Part shown: in pieces, positions 1 to 10,160 of the stretch
How the letters are laid out: each line of letters starts with the position of its first letter
Numbering within the stretch: the stretch's first letter is position 1
Notes under the pieces: generated by a model
Told to the model about the DNA's origin: nothing
Seen by the model: only the letters and a program-made list of their open reading frames with translations
Databases searched by the model: none
Translations under genes and position numbers: made by a program
Assembly (NCBI GenBank): GCA_009694045.1
Contig: SHVY01000004.1
Location: 3,866-67,865 of the forward strand
DNA from: Alphaproteobacteria bacterium
GTDB taxonomy: Bacteria > Pseudomonadota > Alphaproteobacteria > SP197
Reading direction: 5' to 3'
Length of the DNA: 64,000 bases

Positions 1-1466
1 ATGCGGGTAGCGACCCGGCCGAGGAACTCGTGGGGGAACGGGTAGTAGTCGGCGGTCATGCCGTCGGTGGAGGTGACGGCGCGCAGCGCGCAGACGTACT
101 CATAGGTGCGGGCGTCGCCCATCACCCCGACGGTGCGAACCGGCAGGAGGACGGCGAAGGCCTGCCATACGGCGTCGTAGAGGTGGCCCGTGTGCAGCTC
201 CTCGATGAAGATCGCGTCGGCCTTGCGCAGGATCGCGAGCTTTTCGGCGGTGACGGCCCCGGGGACGCGGATCGCCAGTCCAGGACCCGGAAACGGATGG
301 CGGTTGACCAGGCGATCCGGCAGGCCGAGCTCGCGGCCCAGCGCCCGCACCTCGTCCTTGAACAGATCGCGCAGGGGTTCGACCAACTGGAGCCGCATCC
401 GTTCCGGCAGGCCGCCCACATTGTGGTGCGATTTGATGGTGACGCTGGGGCCGCCCGCCACCGACACGGATTCGATCACGTCCGGGTACAGGGTCCCTTG
501 GGCAAGGAAATCCGCGCCGCCGACCCGATGGGATTCGCGCTCGAAGACGTCGATGAACGCGGCACCGATGATCCGGCGCTTGGTCTCCGGATCCTCCACC
601 CCGGCGAGCTTGCCGAGGAATTCGGAGGCGGCGTCAGCGTGGACGAGGGGGATGTTGTAGTGGCTGCGGAACAGGGTGACGACGTCGTCCCCTTCGCCGG
701 CCCGGAGCAGGCCCGTATCGACGAAGACGCAGACGAGCTGGTCGCCGATCGCCTCGTGCAGGAGCACGGCCGCCACGGAGGAGTCGACGCCGCCGGAAAG
801 ACCGCAAATCACGCGCCCCTGGCCGACCTGGGCTCGAACCCGTTCGATCGCGTGGGCGCGGAACGCCTGCATCGTCCAGTCACCGCGGCAGCCCGCGACG
901 CGGCGGACGAAGTTCGCCAGAAGCGCCCCGCCGTGGGCGGTGTGCACGACTTCCGGGTGGAACATGACACCATAGAAACGGCGGGAATCGTCGGCGACGA
1001 TGGCGAAGGGCGCGCCCTCGCTGACGCCGACCGCGCGGAAGCCCTTGGGCAGCCGCACCACCCGATCGCCATGGGACATCCACACCAGCTCGCGGCCGCC
1101 CTTGGACCAGGCACCATCGAACAGGACGCAATCGTCGATGATGTCGACGAAGGCACGGCCGAACTCCCGGTGATCGAACGGTTCGACCGCGCCGCCAAGC
1201 TGGGCGCACATGGTCTGATGCCCATAGCAGATGCCGAGCACCGGTACCCCGAGCTCGAAGACCAGGTCGGGGGCGCTGGGTGATTCCGCCTCGACCGTCG
1301 AGGCCGGTCCGCCGGACAGGACGATCGCCTTCGGCGCGAAAGCCTCGATCGCGCGGGGACCCACGTTGTACGGCAGAATCTCGCAGTAAACGCCCGCTTC
1401 GCGGATTCGTCGCGCGATCAGTTGGGTGACTTGAGAACCAAAATCGAGGATGAGGACGCGGTCCAT
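1..1466 (-). CDS. guaA: GMP synthase (glutamine-hydrolysing); C-terminus cut by window edge
   Basis: Minus-strand translation from the ATG at complement 1464-1466 reads [37 protein letters not shown]...GICYGHQ, the class I glutamine amidotransferase domain. It continues into [21 protein letters not shown], the PP-loop ATP pyrophosphatase. It is not in the ORF track because it runs off the edge. The listed + ORF 30..1283 is its antisense shadow. Confidence 0.9.
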   Translation of the reverse strand, partial: MDRVLILDFGSQVTQLIARRIREAGVYCEILPYNVGPRAIEAFAPKAIVLSGGPASTVEAESPSAPDLVFELGVPVLGICYGHQTMCAQLGGAVEPFDHREFGRAFVDIIDDCVLFDGAWSKGGRELVWMSHGDRVVRLPKGFRAVGVSEGAPFAIVADDSRRFYGVMFHPEVVHTAHGGALLANFVRRVAGCRGDWTMQAFRAHAIERVRAQVGQGRVICGLSGGVDSSVAAVLLHEAIGDQLVCVFVDTGLLRAGEGDDVVTLFRSHYNIPLVHADAASEFLGKLAGVEDPETKRRIIGAAFIDVFERESHRVGGADFLAQGTLYPDVIESVSVAGGPSVTIKSHHNVGGLPERMRLQLVEPLRDLFKDEVRALGRELGLPDRLVNRHPFPGPGLAIRVPGAVTAEKLAILRKADAIFIEELHTGHLYDAVWQAFAVLLPVRTVGVMGDARTYEYVCALRAVTSTDGMTADYYPFPHEFLGRVATR

Positions 1467-1505
1467 GAGTCGGTTATGGACCGCGTCGTCGGGACCGCCG
1501 AGACC

Positions 1506-1988
1506 TCAATTCGTCGCCTTCTTGGCCGCCACGGCCTCGGTCAATTCATCAAGCTGTTCGCAGCCCGAGGGGCAGATGCGCCGCAGCTCGGCGAGTTGTT
1601 GTTCGGCCATGGGAATGTCGCCCATTTCGAGGTAGGCCTCGCCCAGATACTCGCGCGCGTCGGCGTGATCGGGATCGAGCTCCAGGGCCGCCTGGTAGTA
1701 TTTCAGGGCGTTCTCGTAGTCGCCGGTCTTGCGATAGGCGTAGCCCAGAAGGTTGCGGGCATCGGCGTTGTCGGATTCGGCCTTGACCGCCTTGAGGAGC
1801 TTCGGGATCGCGCCCTTGAAATTGTTGATCTTGATCAGGCCGCGGCCTTCTTCGTAGTAGGCGCTGGCGTCGTTGCCGCCGCTATCGCCTGAATCCGACG
1901 ACCCGCCGGAACTCATGGCCATCGCACCGGAGACGAAAACAAACCCGAGAACGAGGGCCAGGATAGGTCGTGAAGCTCGTGTCCACAT
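1506..1988 (-). CDS. TPR-repeat protein with N-terminal signal peptide
   Basis: ORF 1506..2096 trimmed to the internal Met at MWTRASRPILALVLGFVFVSGAMA, which gives a signal peptide. The N-terminal 36 codons of the listed ORF lie inside a repeat element. The body shows TPR-like repeats (NLLGYAYRKTGDYENALKYYQAALELDPDHADAREYLGEAYLEMGD). Confidence 0.65.
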   Translation of the reverse strand: MWTRASRPILALVLGFVFVSGAMAMSSGGSSDSGDSGGNDASAYYEEGRGLIKINNFKGAIPKLLKAVKAESDNADARNLLGYAYRKTGDYENALKYYQAALELDPDHADAREYLGEAYLEMGDIPMAEQQLAELRRICPSGCEQLDELTEAVAAKKATN

Positions 1989-2041
1989 TGTCAACCTCAT
2001 TTGGATTGGGACCAGAAGACCCCCGCATGGAACTCCCCGCT

Positions 2042-2084
2042 CGCCCCAAACACGATGATGAATCATGCGTTTGTGTCGGACCAC
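2042..2084. repeat. Palindromic intergenic repeat, family 1, copy A (module 1 only)
   Basis: CGCCCCAAACACGATGATGAATCATGCGTTTGTGTCGGACCAC matches 19791-19832 with one mismatch. It is an imperfect hairpin and lies between the TPR gene and guaB. Confidence 0.8.
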
Positions 2085-2214
2085 AAGTATCCCCATTCCG
2101 AAGTTCGCGCTCGAGGGCTGCCGCGACGGTTGGCGAACTGCGAAACCACGACACTAGTTAGGCCTCCCGCGCCGGCGTTGCAACCCGTACGGTCGCCTCG
2201 ATTCGTGCGTACCA

Positions 2215-4413
<2,199 letters not shown>

Positions 4414-4417
<4 letters not shown>

Positions 4418-5430
4418 GATGGGTGCGGAGAGGCTGTGCCGTTCGCCGCCATCAGCCGGAGGAGTATGCCCTCGCGCAGCCCGCGATCGGCGATGCGCAG
4501 ACGCCCGATGGGCCAGCGACGCAAGATCGCCTCCAGCACGGCGCAGCCGACCACCACCAGGTCGGCCCGGTCCTTGCCGATGCAGGGCAGCGCCGCGCGC
4601 TCTCCGTAGTCCATGGACCGCAGCCGTGCCGTCACGTCCGACAGATTCTCGAACTGCATGGAGATCCCATCGACGCGGCGCCGATCGTAGCTGGGCAGAT
4701 CCAGGTGAAGCCCCGCCAGGGTCGTCACGGTACCCGATGTGCCGATCATCTGAACGTGGCCTTCGGCAACCGCCTTGCCGATGTCATTGTCTTCGTCGAA
4801 CGCCGCCAAGGCCGCGTCAATCCGTACGACGATGGCCTCGAACGTCGCATCATCGACACGATCACCGCCGTGTTCCTCGGCCAAGTTGACGACGCCCCAG
4901 GGCAGCGACGTCCAGCCAATCAGATCGAGTCCTTCCGCGGCGACGTGCACCCAACTCAGCTCGGTGCTGCCCCCGCCAATGTCGAAGACGATCGCGTACC
5001 GGGTTTGGGGATCGATCAGCGGATAGCAGCCGAGCAGGGCGAGATCGACTTCCTCGCGCGGCGAGATGACTTCGAGCGCGATCCCGATCTCCGCGTTTAC
5101 GCGATCGACGAAGGCATCGACATTGCTCGCCCGGCGGCAGGCCTCGGTCGCCACGGCGCGAACGTACCGAACGTTGCGCCAGCGGATCTTGTCGGCGCAG
5201 ATCCGCAACGCCGCCATGGTTCGTTCGATCGCCGCCTCCGAGAGCCGGCCGCTGGCCGCGACGCCTTCACCCAACCGCACGATCCGCGAGAAGGCATCAA
5301 CCACCCGGAAGCCGACCTGGGTGGGGTGGGCGATCAGGAGCCGGCAGTTGTTGGTGCCGAGGTCAACCGCGCCGTAGGCGCCGCCCTGGGCACCCCCTCG
5401 ACCCGCTCCTCTTGTCGATTGGTGCCGCAC
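4414..5430 (-). CDS. Ppx/GppA family exopolyphosphatase / guanosine pentaphosphate phosphohydrolase
   Basis: GAVDLGTNNCRLLIA...VFDIGGGSTELS motifs of the Ppx/GppA (ASKHA) fold. It overlaps rlmE by 4 bp. Confidence 0.8.
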
Positions 5431-5540
5431 ACACGCCTCCGTTCACGGCCCCTGCCGCGCTAGGGGTCGCCTGTTCCGGTAGTTGTACCGCACTCCACTG
5501 GGAGGCGCACCACGACCAACAAGGCGCGGACGGACCGCGG

Positions 5541-5570
5541 CTTGACACTCCGGGAGGCGATTCATAAGGT
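5541..5570 (+). promoter_or_regulatory. Putative sigma70 promoter for tRNA-Gln
   Basis: cTTGACActccgggaggcgattcaTAAGGT: a -35 TTGACA, a 17-bp spacer and a -10 TAAGGT, about 25 nt upstream of the tRNA 5' end. Confidence 0.4.
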
Positions 5571-5593
5571 CGCAAATCGGCCGACGACCCACT

Positions 5594-5667
5594 TGGGGGA
5601 TAGTTTAACGGTAGAACTCTCGGCTCTGACCCGAGCGGTCTTGGTTCGAATCCAAGTCCCCCAGCCA
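5594..5667 (+). tRNA. tRNA-Gln (anticodon CUG)
   Basis: TGGGGGATAGTTTAACGGTAGAACTCTCGGCTCTGACCCGAGCGGTCTTGGTTCGAATCCAAGTCCCCCAGCCA. The 7-bp acceptor stem is TGGGGGA/TCCCCCA. The anticodon stem CTCGG/CCGAG flanks the loop CT-CTG-AC. The T-arm is GGTTCGAATCC and the CCA is encoded. Confidence 0.85.
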
Positions 5668-5863
5668 AATCTCGCTTTTCGCCGAATTGGCCGTGCCCCC
5701 TGCCTCTTGGCGGGCGGCGATGGCGGTGGTTTCCGCCAACAAATCAAACGGTTGGCGGAAGGTGGCGACCACCTCGCCGCCCTCCCAGGAGCAGTTCGAT
5801 AGTACAAAGTTGAGCAGGCGGCGTTTCTGGCGCGGTTCATTACGACCTCGCTCCGAACGGTAA

Positions 5864-8251
5864 TCAGTACACCGAGCCGATGGACTGGGTGCTGGTCGCT
5901 CCCGCCGCGGGTTCCGGCATGGCGGATGTCGGCTCGGTCCCCGGCTTGAACGCCTCGATGATCACGTGCTTGGACCCGGACGACGGCAACCGGCCGGTTT
6001 CCGCGTCCACCCGTACCAGACGGATTCCAGGCGGGATGCGGAACGGCACGGGCGGCTCGCCGGCCAGCGCCTCGGCCATGAATTGCTTGAAGATCGGCAC
6101 GGCGGCCTTGGCCCCGGCTTCCTTGTTGCCGAGGGTGCGCGGCTGGTCGAAGCCGACGTAGACCCCCGCCGCCAGGTCGGGCGAAAAGCCCACGAACCAC
6201 GCATCGCGGAATTCGTCGGTGGTTCCGGTCTTTCCGGCCAATGGCCGGCCGAGTTCGGCGATCGACACGCCGGTTCCGCGCTCGACCACGCCCTGGAGCA
6301 TCGCCACCATCTGGAAGACCGTGCCGGGGTCCGCGATCTGCTCGCGAAGGTCGGGGAGCTGCGGTACGGGCTGCCCTTCCCAGGCCACGTCCCGGCAGCC
6401 GTCGCAGACCCGCTCGTCACGCCGGTACAGGGTACGGCCGTAGCGGTCCTGCACCCGCTCGATCAGCGTCGGCGCGATCCGCTTGCCGCCATTGACGATC
6501 ATCGCGTAGGCGTTGGTCATGCGCAGGAGCGTCGTCTCGCCCGCGCCCAGCGCCATCGGCAGGTACAAGCCCATCTCGTCGAGCACGCCGAAGCGGATGG
6601 CGGTGTCCCGCACCCGCTGCATCCCGATTTCGGCGGCCAGCCGAACCGTCATCAGGTTGCGCGATTTCTCGATGCCGAGCCGGAGCGTCGAGGGCCCGTA
6701 GTATTCCTGCGAGTAGTTCTCCGGCTTCCACAACGGCTGCCCGAACCCGGGATCGATCACGATCGGCGCGTCGTCGACGATCGAGGACGGCGTCTTGCCC
6801 GCGTCGAGTGCCGCCAGGTAGACGAACGGCTTGAAGGCCGATCCCGGCTGCCGTCGCGCCTGCACCGCCCGGTTGAACTCGCTTTCGCCGAAGGCGAACC
6901 CGCCGACCATGGCCAGGATCCGGCCGTTGCGGGGATCCAGGGCCACGAACGCCCCTTCCACATCCGGAATCTGGCGCAGGCCGTACACGTCCTCGGCCGC
7001 GGTCTCGCCGTCCGCCGGCGATACGGCGACCACGTCCCCGACCGCCAGCGCATCGCCCGCAGCGTCGACGGCGGGCCCGCGCTTCTGCTCGGCCAGCGTC
7101 GCGCGCGCCCATTCCAGCTCGACCAGGGGGATCGTGCCGGAGCGGCCGTCGGCGAAGCCGATCGTCGCGGCCTGGGGGGCCACGTCGGTCACCAGCGCCA
7201 GGCGCCAATCGCCGAGCCCCGGAGGAAGCGGCACCGCGGCAAGGCGTTCGGCCGATCCCGCACCGGGTTCGATCCGGGCGATGGGTCCGCGCCAGCCGTG
7301 CCGGCGGTCGTAGTCGATCAACCCCGCGCGGAACGCCCGTTCGGCGATTTCCTGCAGCCGCGGGTCGAGGGTCGCATGAACCGACAACCCGCCCTCATAG
7401 GTTCCCTTCTCGCCGAAGCGTTCGATCAGCTCGCGCCTGATCTCCTCGGCGACGTAATCGGCGCTGACGACCTCGGCCGGATCGCGATCGATCTGGACAA
7501 GCGGTTCGGCCTTGGAAATGGCGGCCTCGGTCGCGGTCAGGACCCGATCCTCGACCATGCGATCGAGCACCCAGTTCCGCCGGTCGATGGCGGCCTGGGC
7601 GTTGCGCACCGGATGGTAGTTGTTCGGCGCCTTCGGCAGCGCCGCCAGATAGGCGGCCTCCGCGGTGGTGAGTTCGTCCAACGATTTGTTGAAGTAGGCG
7701 AGCGCGGCCGCGGCGACCCCATAGGCGCCCTGCCCGAGATAGATCTCGTTGAGATAGAGTTCGAGGATGCGTTCCTTTGGCAGCGCCTTCTCGATGCGCA
7801 GCGCAAGCAGAGCTTCCTTGATCTTGCGATCGATCGACACTTCGTTCGTCAGCAGGAAGTTCTTGGCGACCTGCTGGGTGATGGTGGACGCGCCCTGCAG
7901 GCGGCGATTTTGCCCGGCGTTCAGCAGGTTGGTCACGGCCGCGCGGGCGATGCCAATCACATCGATGCCGGTGTGTCGGTAGAAGTTCTTGTCCTCGGCC
8001 GCGAGGATGGCATCGATCACGCGCCGTGGGATGGCGCCGATCGGCACGAACACCCGCTCCTCGATGGCGAACTCCGCCAGAAGCCGGCCGTCCGCGGCGT
8101 GCACCCGGGTCACCACGGGCGGCTCGTAGGCCGCAAGCTGCGCGTGATCCGGCAGATTGCGGCCGTAGCGGTGCAGCAGCATGAACATGCCGCCGACCGC
8201 CATCATGGCGATCAGGACGATCGCGACGAAGAAACGAAACAGGTAGCGCAT
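5864..8251 (-). CDS. mrcA: Penicillin-binding protein 1A (bifunctional transglycosylase/transpeptidase)
   Basis: The N-terminal TM segment and the GT51 motifs (EDKNFYRHTGID, RQGASTITQQ) are followed by the transpeptidase motifs SAFKPF and KTGTT. Confidence 0.9.
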   Translation of the reverse strand: MRYLFRFFVAIVLIAMMAVGGMFMLLHRYGRNLPDHAQLAAYEPPVVTRVHAADGRLLAEFAIEERVFVPIGAIPRRVIDAILAAEDKNFYRHTGIDVIGIARAAVTNLLNAGQNRRLQGASTITQQVAKNFLLTNEVSIDRKIKEALLALRIEKALPKERILELYLNEIYLGQGAYGVAAAALAYFNKSLDELTTAEAAYLAALPKAPNNYHPVRNAQAAIDRRNWVLDRMVEDRVLTATEAAISKAEPLVQIDRDPAEVVSADYVAEEIRRELIERFGEKGTYEGGLSVHATLDPRLQEIAERAFRAGLIDYDRRHGWRGPIARIEPGAGSAERLAAVPLPPGLGDWRLALVTDVAPQAATIGFADGRSGTIPLVELEWARATLAEQKRGPAVDAAGDALAVGDVVAVSPADGETAAEDVYGLRQIPDVEGAFVALDPRNGRILAMVGGFAFGESEFNRAVQARRQPGSAFKPFVYLAALDAGKTPSSIVDDAPIVIDPGFGQPLWKPENYSQEYYGPSTLRLGIEKSRNLMTVRLAAEIGMQRVRDTAIRFGVLDEMGLYLPMALGAGETTLLRMTNAYAMIVNGGKRIAPTLIERVQDRYGRTLYRRDERVCDGCRDVAWEGQPVPQLPDLREQIADPGTVFQMVAMLQGVVERGTGVSIAELGRPLAGKTGTTDEFRDAWFVGFSPDLAAGVYVGFDQPRTLGNKEAGAKAAVPIFKQFMAEALAGEPPVPFRIPPGIRLVRVDAETGRLPSSGSKHVIIEAFKPGTEPTSAMPEPAAGATSTQSIGSVY

Positions 8252-8281
8252 GGGCCGTAGGATCCCGGACGGCTCGTCACC

Positions 8282-8412
8282 CTAGTGGTCCGCCCCAAAC
8301 GCTTGATTCCCGATCATTGTATTTGGGGCGGACCACAGGATTGAGAGTCTTAAACTGGGGGTTCGGCCCGACGGATCGGGGTCAATCCGTCGGAATCGAA
8401 CCAGTAGCACTC
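8282..8412. repeat. Palindromic intergenic repeat, family 1, copy B (modules 1+2)
   Basis: CTAGTGGTCCGCCCCAAA...TTTGGGGCGGACCAC hairpin, then the linker GGATTGAGAGTCT, then a CGACGGATCG...GATCCGTCGG hairpin. It lies between the mrcA start and the amiC end. Confidence 0.8.
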
Positions 8413-8452
8413 GAATTGGGAGCATCGCGCCACGGGGGCGATCGGGGCGACG

Positions 8453-9721
8453 TCAGGGCCCGCTTGCCGTGACGATCGTGAAATAGTGCTCCACGGCGTC
8501 GACCACGGCCCGCAGCAGGGCGCGGCGCGACGCCTTGTCGGTCAGGATCGCGAGATCCTTGCGGTTCGAGAGGTACCCCATCTCGAACAGGACCGACGGG
8601 ATATCGGGCGCCTTGAGGACCCGGAACCCGGCGAACCGGTGGTTGTTGCGGCGCAGCGCCATGACCTTGCCGACTTCGGCGCTCAGTTGGGCGGCGAACT
8701 TCGCCGACCCGTTCATCGTCTCCCGCCGGGTCAGATCGAACAGAATACTGGTGGTCGCGCTGTCGTAGGAGCCAGTGGAGACCAGATCGATGGCCAAGCG
8801 CAGGTCGGAGACGTTCTCCTTGGCCGCGAGGGCCTGGGCCTCGGTGTCGGAGGCCGTCTCGGAAAGGGTATAGACGGTCGCGCCGCGCACGGACTGGTCG
8901 TCGATGGCGTCGCAGTGCAGCGAGATGAACAGGTCCGCGTCATGGCGCTGGGCGATCGCCACCCGCTCGCCCAGCGGCAGCAATACATCGACATCCCGGG
9001 TGAGATAAACGGTGAACTGGCCGGTTCGGGACAGCAGATCGCGCAGTTCGCCGGCCGCGGTCAAGGTCAGGTCCTTCTCGAACCTGCCCTTGGAGGCCAA
9101 GGCGCCGGGATCCGCGCCGCCATGGCCCGGGTCGATGACAATGACCGGCAAGGCAAGGCGCGGCTTTCGTGGCGGCAGCGGCGCCGATGGACCGACCGGC
9201 TCGGCCAGGGCCTGGGCGACCAGGGTCACCAGGTCGGATGGGTCCGCCGAGCCTGGAGCCAAGGCGCCCACGGTGACGTCGTCGGCCAAGTCGGCCACTA
9301 CCGAATCCGGCGTGACCTCGAGCGCGGCAACCCCGCCGGCGGGGCCGAGGACGACCCGCAACCGATAGATGTCACCCTCCGGCGCCAGGATCGCGCTCAC
9401 CAGGCTCACGGGCTCGCTCATGTCGAACACAAGCCTGGCGTGGTCGGGATCGGGCTGCCCGACCCGGACCCCAAGCATCGCTCCGACACCGGCAACCTCC
9501 GGCTGATCCTGCAGCCGCCACGTCAACTTGGGCAGGTCGATGACCAGCCGGTACGGATTGACCAGGGTGAAGACGTCGGCCGCGACAGGCTCGCTGAGCG
9601 TCAGCGTGACCGTGCCGGAAGCATCGACGTCGATCCGCGTGACAGCGGTGTCCGCCTGGGCCCCCGACGCGAGAATCAACCCCGCAAAGAATCCGATCCA
9701 CACCCAACGCAGCACGGCCAA
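8453..9721 (-). CDS. amiC: N-acetylmuramoyl-L-alanine amidase (AMIN domain + amidase_3)
   Basis: A signal peptide and an N-terminal AMIN-like domain are followed by VIVIDPGHGGADPGA...ISLHCDA, the amidase_3 catalytic region. Confidence 0.8.
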   Translation of the reverse strand: MAVLRWVWIGFFAGLILASGAQADTAVTRIDVDASGTVTLTLSEPVAADVFTLVNPYRLVIDLPKLTWRLQDQPEVAGVGAMLGVRVGQPDPDHARLVFDMSEPVSLVSAILAPEGDIYRLRVVLGPAGGVAALEVTPDSVVADLADDVTVGALAPGSADPSDLVTLVAQALAEPVGPSAPLPPRKPRLALPVIVIDPGHGGADPGALASKGRFEKDLTLTAAGELRDLLSRTGQFTVYLTRDVDVLLPLGERVAIAQRHDADLFISLHCDAIDDQSVRGATVYTLSETASDTEAQALAAKENVSDLRLAIDLVSTGSYDSATTSILFDLTRRETMNGSAKFAAQLSAEVGKVMALRRNNHRFAGFRVLKAPDIPSVLFEMGYLSNRKDLAILTDKASRRALLRAVVDAVEHYFTIVTASGP

Positions 9722-10160
9722 GACCCCCCCCCTACTTCATCTCGGACGGCAGAGCATGCCCTTTTCTAGTTGATTTTGCAAGAATTCGAGGCGTTCCAGG
9801 TAATCGGGCGACGGCCGCGTACCGTTTCGGTTGTATGCGCATCCCGGGTTCCCTATGATGGCCGTTGTCGCCCTTGCGATGTTCCATCGGCCGGCCGAGG
9901 CAAGCCCTCCCGCTCGCGCACGCTGGCGCCGCTGGGCGAAACAACCGCCGTCCGGCGGCTTGTCGATGCGCCTTTGGACCCCGGAAGCATGTTGCGAGTC
10001 CTAGGTATCTGTCCCGTTTATGAGCGCTCAGCCTATGGCACGATCGCGTGGCAGCGCCGTGGGCAGCCGACAATCCAGCCATTTCCCTTTCCAGAACAAC
10101 GGGTTGTGAACGGTCTGGCCCACCCGAGGGCTGCCTTCGCGACCGAGGAGATTCCGATCA
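9722..10160 (+). promoter_or_regulatory. Long (~440 bp) rne 5' leader / divergent amiC-rne promoter region
   Basis: There is no credible ORF here (the 9770..10237 ORF has no homologue-like sequence). By established E. coli biology, rne carries a long structured autoregulatory 5' UTR. Confidence 0.35.

Noticed and set aside
30-1283. Long + strand ORFs such as 30..1283, 5966..8260, 8486..9769, 13578..15065, 20028..21290, 26848..28701 and 58949..61891. Their translations are Arg/Gly/Ala/Pro-rich nonsense.
   Set aside because: Each lies antisense to a well-supported conserved gene (guaA, mrcA, amiC, ggt, aspS, soxA). In 67% GC DNA the scarcity of stop codons produces long shadow ORFs. None shows family-like motifs.
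2041-2096. Peptides MGILVVRHKRMIHHRVWGERG (1506..2096 N-terminus), [19 protein letters not shown] (19517..20218) and HLVVRPKHKAWEQSVWVGPL (49599..50471). They recur and look like a conserved small-protein motif.
   Set aside because: They are translations of the family-1 palindromic repeat in different copies. The conservation is at the DNA level, and the ORFs have no starts or RBS and sit inside intergenic repeats.
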